A stretch of 64,000 nt of DNA. Origin: Octopus bimaculoides. Lineage: Eukaryota. The notes under the pieces are model-generated. The model made no database searches, had not been told where the DNA came from, and saw only the letters and a list, made by a program, of their open reading frames with translations. Positions 49,451 through 63,005 of the stretch are shown here, in pieces (position 1 is the stretch's first letter; each line of letters opens with the position of its first letter). The stretch is from assembly GCF_001194135.2 (NCBI RefSeq), contig NC_068984.1, forward strand, positions 26,585,455-26,649,454, written 5' to 3'. The position numbers and the translations under genes were made by a program.

Positions 49451-51904
49451 AATTGAAGTTTACTAAAACTTAGCCGCAATCTTTAGAAACGCACAAAGTA
49501 AAGGGGAGATAATTTCATGAAATGAAAACCTAATTAGAAACAGATTAATTTTCATGCTTAATGGAAAATCTAATATCTCTTAGTGAAATGTTACAGAATT
49601 TGATAACATCTGACCATTCAATTTTCTAATTTGTAAACCTTCTGTTTCGGTCTGAAGCAAACTTTTCTGTAATTCTATCCTTAAGTCGACATTTTCCCTT
49701 CAAAAAAAAAAGTGGCCAATATATGTATGTATATATACATACATATATATGCTTGTGTATACATGCATATATATTGTTTATATACATATATTCATATATT
49801 ACATGTATGAATTTATGTTATGTGTGTGTATATATATATTTATATATATGTGTGTGTGTGTGTGCGTGTTATGTGTGTGTATATATATGCATACGCAGAC
49901 ACACACACACACACACTCACTCACACACTCACACACACGCACACACGCACGTACGCACACACATACACACATACACACACACACACACATACAAACAAAC
50001 ACACACACACAATTATATACAATTGATTTCGCATCCTGTCTAGGTAGAAACGTAGAGCTGTTCTAAGAACGATTCTTTGCTGAAATTTCGCGAGTAATAA
50101 GAATGTCAAACTTTCAAGTGGATTCTAAGAGAGCAACAAACACATCGTAAGGAACACTTAACATCAGAATTAGGATAATAAAATTTCTAATTGGTGTGTT
50201 TCACTTTACGAGGAGGGATTACATATGGTGGAGATTAAATAAGCAGATGTGATAATGTAGATTTTGGTATGTGGCGTGGAAGGAGTTGATGGCAAGTTTG
50301 GGGTGAGATGGAATAAGGTAGTTTTTGCAATTATAGTCTTACGTAGGGTTTGGATGGGTGATGTTGATTCTAGAAATATGTTTACGCCATGTTAATGGCA
50401 CCATTATCCATTTATCTATTTTTCATTAACACACGCAAAATCTTCATGAAAATATATATAAACATACACAAAGGTGCAAACGCTCCCTACACTCACACAC
50501 ACACTCATACACATACACACACACAAACGCAAATACAGCACACATACACGCACACAAGCCAACAAACAAATGAGGGAATAGAAGCACAAACACATGAAAG
50601 AACACAGACACACATACACAAACAAATTAAGAAACAGAGGCATAAACATCTGAAAGAGCAGACACACATACATCTCGCAAAACACGAACATGCATGTAAA
50701 TAGTTCGCACATGAAAACGTATATCTTCCATTTTCTATTTGCTCTCTCCCATTCTTTGTTGCTTTCACATAAGTACATAAAGACATCCCCCACACATAGG
50801 CATTATACACACTTAAACGTATATTCTCGCCCTACATACTTAACATTTCTCTCTTTTAAACACTTCCTATTTTTCTTTCATATACACACATCATCTGTCT
50901 TATAACTATTTCTTGCACCTCCTCATTTACTCTCTCTTCCCTTTTCCTTTTTCCTTCTTTTAAGATTATGCTTATTGAAAACATCACTTATTCAGCTCTT
51001 CGGAAATAAACATTAAGTGATAAAAAAAAAAATGACATATGATCTGTCTAATAATAACAACAAACAAAAAACAACACCAACCCACTACCACCTGTAATAC
51101 TGCAATATATTAATTTGTGGTTCAGATTGTTATTATAAGCACAAACCAAAGATTTCAGAGGTGGTTAATAATCAATCATATCAAGCTAATAAATGTTTTG
51201 TCGACTAAAATATAGTGAAAGGCTAAATCTACATCAATGGGATTAGACCTAAAGCGTCATAAGTATATGTCTAAAGGAAGACTGTCTGTCAGTCTACAGC
51301 TCTCTTATTCATTTCTTATTGCGGTTATACCTCGTTTGTAGTTTTTTAATTCGCCACCATCTTTCAGTTTAGAGTCTGATCAAATTAGTTTTCTGTTTCC
51401 ATTTGCACTAGAATTCTGTTTTGCTTGATTCCGTTCTCAGACGAAGAGGACATTTCCCCCCTTTAATATTTAACTATATTAAGCTGTATTTACTTGATTG
51501 CAATTTTTAGTCTTACGCGCAAGTCAATGTTCTTCGTATTTTAAGTCAGTTGGTATTTTGTTGTACTGTTCTCCATATCAGTGTAGTGTACAATCACTGG
51601 AGTTCTCTAGATGATTGATACAATATTTTAAATGTGCTGAAACCTGAAAGGTTCTGGATCCTACTGCTGACGAGAGTTGTTTCTACATCTGTTTGTCCTT
51701 TTCTGTACGCGTTTTCAACGACATCTTACTCTTATTTACGCATATATTTCTAGCACTCACATTCCTCTTCCCTTCCTTCTTCTCTCCTTCTGTCTGTCTG
51801 TCTCTGTTTCTGTCTCTTTCTCATATAGCATTACGAAGTACATGCAACTCTAGTAATGTAAACATAGCGTTTGTGTTTTGTTTATGCACCCATAAACATT
51901 ATGA

Positions 51905-52267
51905 ATAGCGTCCGGAGAAAGTTCCTTACACAACGCGGAGTGTTAAAGAACACTGAATGTCCCAGATCAGGTGAGACAACTCGCCCTGAACGTCTGAGAA
52001 TGGTAGATATCGATATTTCGCTATTATTATGGCTTATCAATACCATATACACAAATCGCTTCGAAACGAAGTGAATCGCTGGTCTGTGACTTATACACAT
52101 CTAGAGTGAAGTCTAAATGCTGACGCGAAAGAAATTGTATTACGAATTACAAGCAGCTCTAGTATCTATCATTTTCGGTCGTTCGAGGAGAGTTGTCACG
52201 CCTGGCCTGAGATATTCGGTGAACTTTAACACTCGGTGTCGTAAAGGAAGCTTTCCCCGGACGCTAT
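51905..52267. mobile_element. MITE-like element with long diverged TIRs (~105 bp: 51905-52009 and 52163-52267)
   Basis: The arms align as reverse complements: AGCGTCCGG.GAAAG..GAGTGTTAAAG..GACAACTC..AACG..AATG.TAGATA. TA dinucleotide at both outer ends. Confidence 0.75.
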
Positions 52268-52439
52268 CCGGCAGCAAATGTGCGTATAAACAAAACATAT
52301 GCATTTTGCTATTGCTTTTATTTATCTCCATGACAAAAATGGTCAAGCAGATTTATGCTGAAAAAAATTCCAGTCTTGACCATCCTGTTGTCGATATATT
52401 ATTTACACTTACTACAAAATTTAAACCTTTTTTCCCCCT

Positions 52440-52680
52440 CTTTTTAAGAAACCGGGATGTGATTTGAAGAAGACTCAGCTGATATTTCTCGCTTGTTGAA
52501 TTACCCTGTAAAGGCGAGTCAACGAAGAAGCTTTTAAGCGTGGTCTGCTAAAATAGCTGCCAAATCTCTTTCAAATCACAGTCTACCATCTTAAAAATAA
52601 GACACATTGGTTAATATGATCGTGGGTTCTCAGCACTGAGATGAGTTGTCATGAATGGAATAACTTTGATCTTAGATTTG
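52440..52680. repeat. Two opposed copies of an unclassified interspersed repeat (also at ~9650-9750, ~48590-48690, ~53385-53450)
   Basis: Shared motif TTTTAAGA.GGT..GTGTGATTTGAA..AGATTT.GC.GCTATTTCT on either strand. Confidence 0.55.
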
Positions 52681-54510
52681 TTCAGTCACAATTAACTTGG
52701 GGCTAAATAACAAGAACAATAACAAGAATCATATAAAAGCCCTCCCGCTGTCTCGTGAGGCTCCCAGTTATCCTAAGATAGAGATAACGACTGCAGTAAA
52801 TCTTGATATAATCGTTGAAATTCTGTACCACGTCTTAATGGATGCCCAGATATTTTGCACGATTTACGAAACGAGAGATTTTATCAGATTTCCCAAACAT
52901 ACCATGGTTATACAAGAAGTGTTGGAAATATTTATGAGAATAGTATGATTTCAGTGTTTGATTCACTGAGATTAATGAGATATGAATCCATCAATCTTTT
53001 CATCCGACTGAGTCATTCGGATACTTTATTAGCTTGCACGTCATTAAGGAAAATGTTGGAATATTAGAAAAACTCTTGTCGCCATCTTCATAACCAATGA
53101 AATGAAAGCCAAACAGAATAAAACCATTCAGAATAATAAATAAATAAAGCATATCTCAAAACGGAAGTTTGAGAAACTTGTGATGACTTGCTGTGAGTAT
53201 GCATTACAAAAATAAAATATTTCCAAGGAAAATCCACGTCATCAAAATCCGTATTGAGAATATGCAATAAGTTTTTTGCAGTACGGTTCCACATCGTTTC
53301 TGATTTATCGGCTTTATGGTATGCAGGTAGGGAGTTGAACGAATGAAGGTTCTCCAAAGAGTTAGTTTTCACATTTACTCATTCATTTTTAAGATGGTTG
53401 TGTTAAATTAGAAGGAAATTTGGCAGCCAATCCTAATAGATCAGGAGAACTCATAGAGACTACATAGTTAGTTTGATTTAATGGGAAAAAACTGTAGTGA
53501 CCTCAAAGATTAAAGGAAGTACATTAAGTATGTCAATGATATCAAATATTTGTTATAAATTTGAGGCATACGTTTTAATACTTAGCTTGATTATTTTATA
53601 TCACATTGATGACGTCTGAGAGATAGAAACATGTTCATAGTTGTCTCATGTCTGTAAATATTTTCTTTCTCTAATTATGTAAATTAACTGTGAAAGATTA
53701 ATTTTCTTATTTCTTGAGTTTCTCATGGGAGTCGCTAAAAATTTCCATTAGATTTTTGTCGCCTTCCAAAGGAGAGAAATTTCGAAAAATTAAGATATTC
53801 TTGAACGGTATTCAGTACACCACTCTTCGACTTAATTATCAAACTTCATGACTTTAGTATATTTCAGTTATTTCTTTTAACTCACTTTTATATTAATTTC
53901 TAATGTTTAAATTATTGCTATGCTTCTTTTATTGAATTAATTATCAACGCACAGACGATTAAAACTAAAATATTCACTTAGCTGCATCAAGGGAACTAGT
54001 TTCATCTATGTATGATATATTTCTGCAATTAAGAAACTTTAATTTTAGGAGAGTATTTTGAGAAGTTGTTTTTTCATAGCCTCTTTGTTCAAATCAGACA
54101 TCAGCTTTGCTAAGAGACCAAACCATTCTACTATATATAAGAATTGGCTAGACAAAAAGATACTGTAATGACAGAATTAATCAGGTTGGCAGTATTTCTT
54201 GTCTGACACAGTATAATTAGAAGTAGCGTTTGGATACTAATTCGCAACAGAGTAAGAATTGTTAATTATAAATGGGTTTTAGTAACAACGAATCTTGCTA
54301 GTACCACACTTAACTATTGATTCATCGATTCTAATTTTCTTCTTGAAAACTTGAAAAATAATTACAAAAACAAACAAACAAACAGTGTTCTCGTTAATTT
54401 TGCGTTAATATTATTACTTAAAACTTAAGGATACCAGAGTGATCAATAGATATACAGATTGATGCCTTCATGTTCTGATGCCTTACTCCAATAATATTTC
54501 AATTCGACTG

Positions 54511-55190
54511 AGGGGGCGAGCTGGCAGATACGTTAGTACGCTGGGCGAAATGTTGAGCGGTATTTCGTCTGCCGTTGCGTTCTAAATTCGAATTCCGCCG
54601 AGGTCGACTTTGCTTTTCATCCTTTCGGGGTCAATAAATTAAGTACCAGTTACGCACTGGAGTCGATGTAATCGACTTAATCCCTTTGTCTGTCCTTGTT
54701 AGTCCCCGCTATGTTTAGCCCCTTGTGGGCAATAAAGAAATAAGAAAATTTAGTACGCCGGGCGAAATGCTTAGCGGTGTTTTTTCTGTCTTTACTTTCT
54801 GAGTTCAAATTCCACCGAGGTCGACCTTGCCTTTCATCCTTTCAGGCTCTATAAATTAAGTACCAGTTACGTGATGGGGTCAATCTAATCGACTGGCCCC
54901 CTCCCCGCAAAATTTCGGGCCTTGTGCTTAGAGTAGAAAAGATTCTCTTTTTAAAAAGGCGGCGAGCTGGCAGAATCGTTAGCACGCCGGGCGAAATGCT
55001 TAGAGGTATTTCGTCTGTATTTACTTTCTGAGTTCAAATTCAATCGAGCTCGACTTTGCCTTTTATTCTTTCGGGGTCGATAAATTAAGTACTAGTTGCG
55101 TGCTGGTGTCAATCTAATCAACTGTCCCCCGCCAAAAAAAAAAAAAAAAAAAAAAAAATTCAGGCCTTGTGCGTAGAGTAGAAAAGAATA
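54511..55190 (+). mobile_element. SINE family A dimer (54511-54945) plus a tandem monomer (54955-55190)
   Basis: Three consecutive cores; the dimer junction matches that at 27450-27885. Confidence 0.9.
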
Positions 55191-55874
55191 ATCATATTTT
55201 GCCTAGGGCTATGGAGTGTTTAAACACAATCCTAGATATAGCGACCAAAAAACAATCCCTGGATGTAAAAAATTGGGAATGCTAAGTAGAAAAAAAATAT
55301 TACAACATTAAAAGCTAGAACAAAGAAAGCTAAATTCTGTATTTATTTATTTTCAATAATTACGAAAATCACTTCTGATAATTTACAGGGATACACAGGC
55401 GCAAACATACTTCATTTAAGTTGATCAAGTAGGACATTTGTGCGTGCGTGAATGTATTGTGTGAGTAAGAGAAGCAAAAATGTCTCTTACCCACCACTTT
55501 AAGCGCTGATATATAAAGCCACATGACTATGTGAAACTAGAAAATTCACCTTATTAATATATTTTTTATTAATTACGTTTCCAGCCTACAGAAATCCAAA
55601 TGCTTTAACCTTTTTAATAACTTGAATAATTAGTTATAATTTAATTAAATAGAAAAGACTTAGCATGTATCAAAGCTGACTTAATTATGTCCAACATTCT
55701 ACTTGAGTGCCTACTCACATGTATGTGTGTACCAATGAATGGAATATAGGATTATAAACAAATGTTTGGTCGATTACAACTAGATAAATTAAAAGTATCA
55801 GGTGCATTGTAATCTATAAGCAAATTAGAGTTATCCAAATACAAAGAATTCGGCGACGTAATGATAATAATAAG

Positions 55875-56325
55875 CCTTTCTACTATAGACACAAAGCCTG
55901 AAATTTGGTAGCAGGGGACTAGTCGATTACATCTACCCCAGTGTTTCACTGGTACTTAATTCATTGACTATGAAAGGATGAAAGGCAAAGTTGAACTTGG
56001 CGGAATTTGAACTCAGAACGTAAAGACGGGCGAAATACTGCTAAGCATTTCGCCTGGCGTGCTAACGTTTCTGCCAGCTCACTGCTTTCGTAATGATAAT
56101 AATAATCCTTTCTACTATAGGCAAAAAGCCTGAAATTTGTGGGGAGGGGTTAAATCGATTACATCGACCCCAGTACTCAATTGGTACTTAAAATTTATCG
56201 ACCCCGAAAGGATGAAAGGCATAGTCGACATCGGTGGAACTTGAACTCAGAATGTAGCAACGGGAGAAATACCGCTAAGCATTTTTCCCGGTGAGCTAAC
56301 GATTCTGCCAGCTCACCACCTTCGT
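55875..56325 (-). mobile_element. Two head-to-tail SINE family A copies
   Basis: Reverse-strand cores separated by (AAT)n. Confidence 0.88.
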
Positions 56326-56714
56326 AATGATGATAATAATAATAATTACAGTAGTAGCAGCGCTAAGCAGTGAGGAGAAATAAACGAACTTTATACTTGT
56401 TCAGATATGTTTGTGACATACTTTAACTTCTAAAAGCAACTTCACTGTAGTATGTCTAGAACATCCTATCTGCTCAATGTCACCTCCTAGCGGACGCCTT
56501 GGCGCGTTTCTAGAGCCTTAGCCTATCTTAGTAGGATATACGGAAGGAATATACCTCTGGGCAGATTATAAAGCAGCAATTTTATCATAGAACAATCGAT
56601 ATTAGTGACTGATTGCGCCCACGGACCGCTTGGTCAGTTATGGCAAACCGTAGTGAATTTATATTTAGAAGTTAAAATGTCATAAACATAATTCAACTTA
56701 TCTAAAGTTCGTTT

Positions 56715-57370
56715 ATAATAATATTTGTATCAAATTTTGGCTTAGGTTCTTTCACTTTGAGAATATAGGGCAAGTAGATTACATCGATCCCAGTACTTGA
56801 TTGGTACCTTAGTTTATCGACCCCGAAAGGATGAAAAGCAAAGTTAACCTCGGCAGAATTTGAACTCAGATCGTAAACGCCCCGAAAGCATTTTTCCTGA
56901 CGATTTAACGATTCTGTTAGCTCAGTAATAATAATAATCATTTTCTTCTACAGGCACAAAGCCTGCAATTTGGGGGAGGGGACAGTCGATTACATCGACA
57001 CTTGTGTTTCACTGGTACTTAATTTATCGACCCCGAAAGGATGAAAGGCATAGTTGACCGTAGCAGAATTTGAACTCAGAACGTAAAGCCGGACGAAATA
57101 CCGCTAAAGCATTTTCGGCGTGCTAACGGTTCTGGTAGCTCGTAGCCTTATTGGTTCCAAATTTTTGGCACAAGGCCAGTAATTTCGGTAGAGGGGTTAA
57201 GCTAATTATATCGACCCCAGTACTCAACTGGTACTCATTTTATCTATCAACCTCGAAAGGATGAAAGGTAAAGTCGACACCAGCAGTATTTGAATTTTGA
57301 ACGTAAAGTTGGAGGAAATGCTGATAAGCATTTTTATCTAGCGCGCTAACGATTCTGCCAGCTCGCCGCA
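56715..57370 (-). mobile_element. Three head-to-tail SINE family A copies
   Basis: Reverse-strand cores near 56820, 57035 and 57260. Confidence 0.88.
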
Positions 57371-57710
57371 GAAAGGGTAATTTAATGTTCCTTGAGCAAG
57401 TTTTTTTCGAGCCATTCACACAAATACCTGTCCAGATACACTTTCTAGTCTCATAGCTAGTGTTTGTTTAATTTAGAGTCAAAATAACTCTCATTGTCTT
57501 TTTTCCATCAGCGTTGCAGACAGAAATGAAATGCGATGGAATACATGAAATGCAGTAGAATAGAATCTTGCCCGAAATAAAATTTACCACTTATCCTCTC
57601 AACACAATGGAGAAACAAAACTTTTCTACTGACCCTAACGAATCATAAAAGAATTTATAAACCCAACAAATGTTGGTTTATAGTTAAATAGATGCGCTGG
57701 CTTCCTGTTC

Positions 57711-57990
57711 GTTTATAGCAGAAAGGGTTCACTTATTGAATATTGGTTTGTAGTTGAAAGGATTATGTCATTGGCTTTTGCTTAATAACTGAAAGAATAA
57801 ACTGAGTATATGTTAGTTTATAACAGAAAAAAAAATGAACTTATTGAATGTTGCATTGTAGCTGGAAGGATTAGGGTATTGGCTGTTGGTTTAAAATTGA
57901 AAGGATTAAGTTATTACCTGTTAGTTTATTTTACAGCTGAAAAGATTAATTTAAAAGATGATAGTTTGTAGCTGAAAGCTATGACTTATT
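57711..57990. repeat. Degenerate ~38-bp minisatellite
   Basis: Recurrent GTTTGTAGCTGAAAGGATTA-like unit, about 7 copies. Confidence 0.6.
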
Positions 57991-58499
57991 CTAATGTTTG
58001 AATATATATCTATATCAACCGTTTTGTTCGTCCCTTTGAAACCAACGTGATATTCTGTGTTGGTACTGCATGGCGTCGAAAACATTAGCAGACATTTGCT
58101 GCTGCTGTTTTTGAAAATTGCTAATTACAAATGAAGCTAAAATGAAGAAACATTTAATCAAAGAAAACGATAAACAACAGTAACAATGGATTCAGTTTCT
58201 AATACAAATTAATGAACAATTTTTTCAATTCAATAGATTTACCAACGGAAAATAAAATGACGTTACAAATTGGAGAAAAAGATTTCATTAAAAAAGTGAA
58301 ATACTGTACAGTGATCATTGTTGTTGTAGCATGCAAAACAATTTTTTGTCCTTTTACTTCTTTGGAAACCCTGCTGGACGACAAACACAATCTGTTAAAA
58401 GAAAAAACGAACTCAATACAGTATATGATCATCCACATAACATATCTATATTGCTATTGTTATATTTAACCATGAAACGTTATATGGTTTGTAATAATA

Positions 58500-58965
58500 A
58501 TAATCCTTTCTATTAAAGGCACAAGGCATGAAATCATGGGAAGGGGGCTAGTCGATTACATCGATTTCACTACTTAACTTAGTGCTTATTTCATTGACCC
58601 CGAAAGGATGCAAGGTAAAGTCGACCTCGACGGAACTTGAACCGAAAACTTGAAGACGGACGAAGTGCCGCTAAGAAATTTGCCCGACGTGCTAACGATT
58701 CTGCCAGCTCACCGCTTTGATAATGATGATGATTATGATGATAATAATTGTAGTAAAGGGTTCAAATGTTGGCATAAGGCCACCAATTTCAGGGGAGTGG
58801 GTAAGTCGATTGCATCGATGCCACTACTCAACTGGTACTTATTTTATCAATATCGAAATGATGAAAAACAAAGTCGACCTCGGCGGCATTTGAACTTAGA
58901 GAACGTAAAGACGGACAAAATGCTGCTAGCATTTTTCCCGGCGTACTAACAATTTTGCCAGCCCG
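58500..58965 (-). mobile_element. Two head-to-tail SINE family A copies
   Basis: Reverse-strand cores separated by an AAT/GAT spacer. Confidence 0.85.
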
Positions 58966-58970
58966 TCACT

Positions 58971-59040
<70 letters not shown>

Positions 59041-59469
59041 CGACGACGAGGACGTTGTTGTTGTTGACGATGATAGTGATGATAATAATACTAATAATAA
59101 TTACTCCGAGACCATAACGTACTGAATTAACTCCTTGCAGTGTTCGGTCTTCCACAAGACGAGAATGGCCTCTTTAGGATTGGTTGGCAGCTCCTATAGA
59201 TGATATTTCGTTAAAAAACAGCGATGGGTTTCAAAAACTATGTTGTGCATTGTGAGGATAGACTATTATCTGCAGCCAGAAATATCGAAGAAATCAATTA
59301 AAAAATGAAAGATTTCAAGAATAGAAATAAGTAAATGAAATAACTATTTAAATAGAAAAATGATGAATGTATGGAAATACGGACGAAAATATTAATCATC
59401 TGAAAATATTAATCATTTGCTAAGCGAGAGAAGTAAGCTAGCGTAAAAAGAGAATAAACGAAGACATTA

Positions 59470-59905
59470 CAGTGTCAGTAAAGGTCCATGGAGTTGTTAG
59501 CCACATCTGTGGGTCTGAAGAGATGAGAAATGGGTGTGAATACGAGACAGAGTCGATATAAACATTATAATTGCACGATTCTATGGGATTTTTCCAGACA
59601 GAATGACCATACTATGGAGGTAAGGAAACCAGATAAGTTCGTAGATTAATAAAGAGGAAGTAGTCTAAAAATATTTAATTAACAATCCAATATGATTGTA
59701 GAGTGGATAACAAAGAAAATGAGAAACTTGAGAAACATCCAGACTAAACCACAAAGATGAAGAGATTGCAGTTCATGTGGTAACTCGTGCATGCTCTGCT
59801 ACTACTTAAGAGCTGAATGATATTGGAATTGAGAAGCGTATAGTCGTCATATAGAAAAGTGTCACTCTGCATTCTGTAAGAATCCTAAGAATCTTGAGAT
59901 CTGAG
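59470..59905 (+). mobile_element. Old decayed RLE-LINE 3' relic
   Basis: Across frameshifts: ..WDF..QNDHTMEVRKPDKF.. / KENEKLEKHPD / KSVTLHSVRILR, matching WDF.IQTD..R.PD, KE.EKLEKY and QKS..L.S.RILR. Confidence 0.55.
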
Positions 59906-59964
59906 AAAACTTTTGCCCCAAAGCGCTAATTTTTTAATCCGGCTACCTCCTTAATAATAATAAT

Positions 59965-60779
59965 AAAAGAACGGCAGCTTCCCATTATGTCGTATATGCC
60001 AACAACAAAATGAAACCATCGATCATGTTGTCTCCATGTGCAGTCTGCTTGCGCCTACAGAGTATCTCAACAGGCATGATAGAGCTGCACAATATATTCA
60101 CTGGGTAATATGCAAAAACCTGGACTTGCCCCATGATAAAAACTGGTGGGAACACAAACCACCCCCAGTACTTGAAAATGATCACATTGCACTCCTCTGG
60201 AACTTCACCATTCAAACTGACAGAAAGATAGACGCAAATAGGCCAGACATCATACTGAAAGACTTCAGACAAAAATCATGCNNNNNNNNNNNNNNNNNNN
60301 NNNNNNNNNNNNNNNNNNNNNNNNNNNNNNNNNNNNNNNNNNNNNNNNNNNNNNNNNNNNNNNNNNNNNNNNNNNNNNNNNNNNNNNNNNNNNNNNNNNN
60401 NNNNNNNNNNNNNNNNNNNNNNNNNNNNNNNNNNNNNNNNNNNNNNNNNNNNNNNNNNNNNNNNNNNNNNNNNNNNNNNNNNNNNNNNNNNNNNNNNNNN
60501 NNNNNNNNNNNNNNNNNNNNNNNNNNNNNNNNNNNNNNNNNNNNNNNNNNNNNNNNNNNNNNNNNNNNNNTACTGTCTATGTGATCTCAAATTTTAAAGC
60601 AAACACATAATTTTCTTATGGTTTCTTAAACATTCACTTGAACAAAACTGTACAAATCCAAATATATGGTACCCTAGGCATAACACCTACATGAACTTCT
60701 AACTTGTTGTCTCTTGAGGTCTCTGGGTGAGACTTGGATCCAACTTGTACAAATGCAAAACAAAAGTCAAACATAAAAT
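59965..60779 (+). mobile_element. R4/Dong-like RLE LINE, 5'-truncated (copy E, different subfamily), N gap inside, (AAT)n on both sides
   Basis: CRICQQQNETIDHVVSMC (CCHC knuckle), EYLNRHDRAAQYIHW..LLWNFTIQTDRKIDANRPDII; after the gap LSM* and a 3' UTR ending in (AAT)n. Confidence 0.88.
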
Positions 60780-60821
60780 AATAATAATAATAATAATAAT
60801 AATAGTAATAATAATAATAAT

Positions 60822-61015
60822 TCCTTCCATTATAGGCACAAGGCCTGAAATTTTGGGGGTCGGGAACTAGCTGATCCCAATGTTCCACTGGTACTTAATT
60901 TATCGACCCCGAACGGATGAATGACAAAGACGACCTTGGCGGAATTTGAATTCAGAACGTAAAGACGGACAAAATGCCACTAAGCATTTTGCCCGGCGTG
61001 CTAACAATTCTGCCA
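60822..61015 (-). mobile_element. SINE family A
   Basis: Reverse-strand core; its (ATT)n tail is the 3' flank of LINE copy E. Confidence 0.85.
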
Positions 61016-61383
61016 ACAACAAGAACAACAACAACTGAGAATCACCATAACTGATCGATACGAAAGGTATGTCAGTCTATTGACATTGGACTTCATTCAC
61101 AGTAAATAAACAAAATAACAAAAAAATGTTAATACTTGATTAACGCAGTCCAACTGTCTGCAAACAAGATGAGATCAGTTAGTAGGGTGTGGTTCATTGC
61201 TGTTAGTGGTGTCATTGTAGTAAAGCTAAACAAATGTTTTATCAGCATGCAGTGCTGATTGCAGACAGAACGATGACGGTATTGTGATGACAGTTGTTTT
61301 GCCTACACACAGAAAAGATTCTCAATCATGACCCAACGATTCGCTAATAAGACCCAGTTTAAATATTTTCACAAAATATTCTA

Positions 61384-61507
61384 CAGTGTGTCCACAAAGC
61401 CTGGGTACATGGGGATTAACACATACTTTAAGAATTTATTATTTCTTATATTTAATTGTTTATGTTATTGTATTTACTACATGTACCCAAACTTTGTGGA
61501 CACCCTG
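61384..61507. mobile_element. Tc1/mariner-type MITE, 124 bp
   Basis: 28-bp TIRs CAGTGTGTCCACAAAGCCTGGGTACATG / CATGTACCCAAACTTTGTGGACACCCTG (3 mismatches); TA on both sides. Confidence 0.9.
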
Positions 61508-62212
61508 TATAATTGCGCCAACAGCAACACCAACATCTACTGTGACCGAGTCGGTTACAGTAGATGTTCTGAAAATGGTATTCTGACATAGACTTGTGTT
61601 GGATTGTTAAATCTCAATGTAATCCGCACAGCACAGTAAATTACATGCAATAACAATCGTACTTGCTTTCATTCAAGATATTCTTCAATGTATTTCATAT
61701 TCTCCCCACACCAACCTGCCGCTTACACATATCTATATAAGCACGCGTAAACACACACACACACACACACAAGCTGGCACAAAAGCAAACAAAATATCCC
61801 TCCTATAAATTCAAACATAATGTAATTAAAAAAAGAAACCTAGTTTCGGCTGTCAAGGGCACATGGACTATTTTACAGAACAGATTTGAAATATAATGCC
61901 AAAAATCACGACCATTATAACCACTGCAGCAGCAACACCTCCACTACTGTCGTCACCCCCCCCCCCNNNNNNNNNNNNNNNNNNNNNNNNNNNNNNNNNN
62001 NNNNNNNNNNNNNNCCCCCCCCCCCCCCACCACTACACAAACCACCGTCAACGCCACCAACCTCTCCGCAGACACCACTAACGCGTTTACTAGTTTCCTC
62101 AAATCCACGAAACCTCTTCTATGGCACCGTCACCAGCACTAATACCGTTATTGTCCTACGCGAAACTATTACTAAGACCACTACTCTCTTTGATACCCCC
62201 ATCTCTCCCTCT

Positions 62213-62257
<45 letters not shown>

Positions 62258-62968
62258 ACACACGTATACATGCACCCATACATGTATATGTATATATACA
62301 TAATATATATATGCACACATATATATATACACACACATATATATATATGTATGTATATATATATATAAANNNNNNNNNNNNNNNNNNNNNNNNNNNNNNN
62401 NNNNNNNNNNNNNNNNNNNNNNNNNNNNNNNNNNNNNNNNNNNNNNNNNNNNNNNNNNNNNNNNNNNNNNNNNNNNNNNNNNNNNNNNNNNNNNNNNNNN
62501 NNNNNNNNNNNNNNNNNNNNNNNNNNNNNNNNNNNNNNNNNNNNNNNNNNNNNNNNNNNNNNNNNNNNNNNNNNNNNNNNNNNNNNNNNNNNNNNNNNNN
62601 NNNNNNNNNNNNNNNNNNNNNNNNNNNNNNNNNNNNNNNNNNNNNNNNNNNNNNNNNNNNNNNNNNNNNNNNNNNNNNNNNNNNNNNNNNNNNNNNNNNN
62701 NNNNNNNNNNNNNNNNNNNNNNNNNNNNNNNNNNNNNNNNNNNNNNNNNNNNNNNNNNNNNNNNNNNNNNNNNNNNNNNNNNNNNNNNNNNNNNNNNNNN
62801 NNNNNNNNNNNNNNNNNNNNNNNNNNNNNNNNNNNNNNNNNNNNNNNNNNNNNNNNNNNNNNNNNNNNNNNNNNNNNNNNNNNNNNNNNNNNNNNNNNNN
62901 NNNNNNNNNNNNNNNNNNNNNNNNNNNNNNNNNNNNNNNNNNNNNNNNNNNNNNNNNNNNNNNNNNNN

Positions 62969-63005
<37 letters not shown>

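Noticed and set aside
52697-53372. Short non-repetitive ORFs (83, 70 and 94 aa)
   Set aside because: No recognisable motif or convincing splice context, and their lengths are within chance.
38616-61015. CRISPR-like or satellite interpretation of the recurring GAAAGGATGAAAGGCAAAGTCGAC motif
   Set aside because: Spacing is irregular, both strands are used and each copy is embedded in a ~210-bp tRNA-headed unit. These are SINEs.
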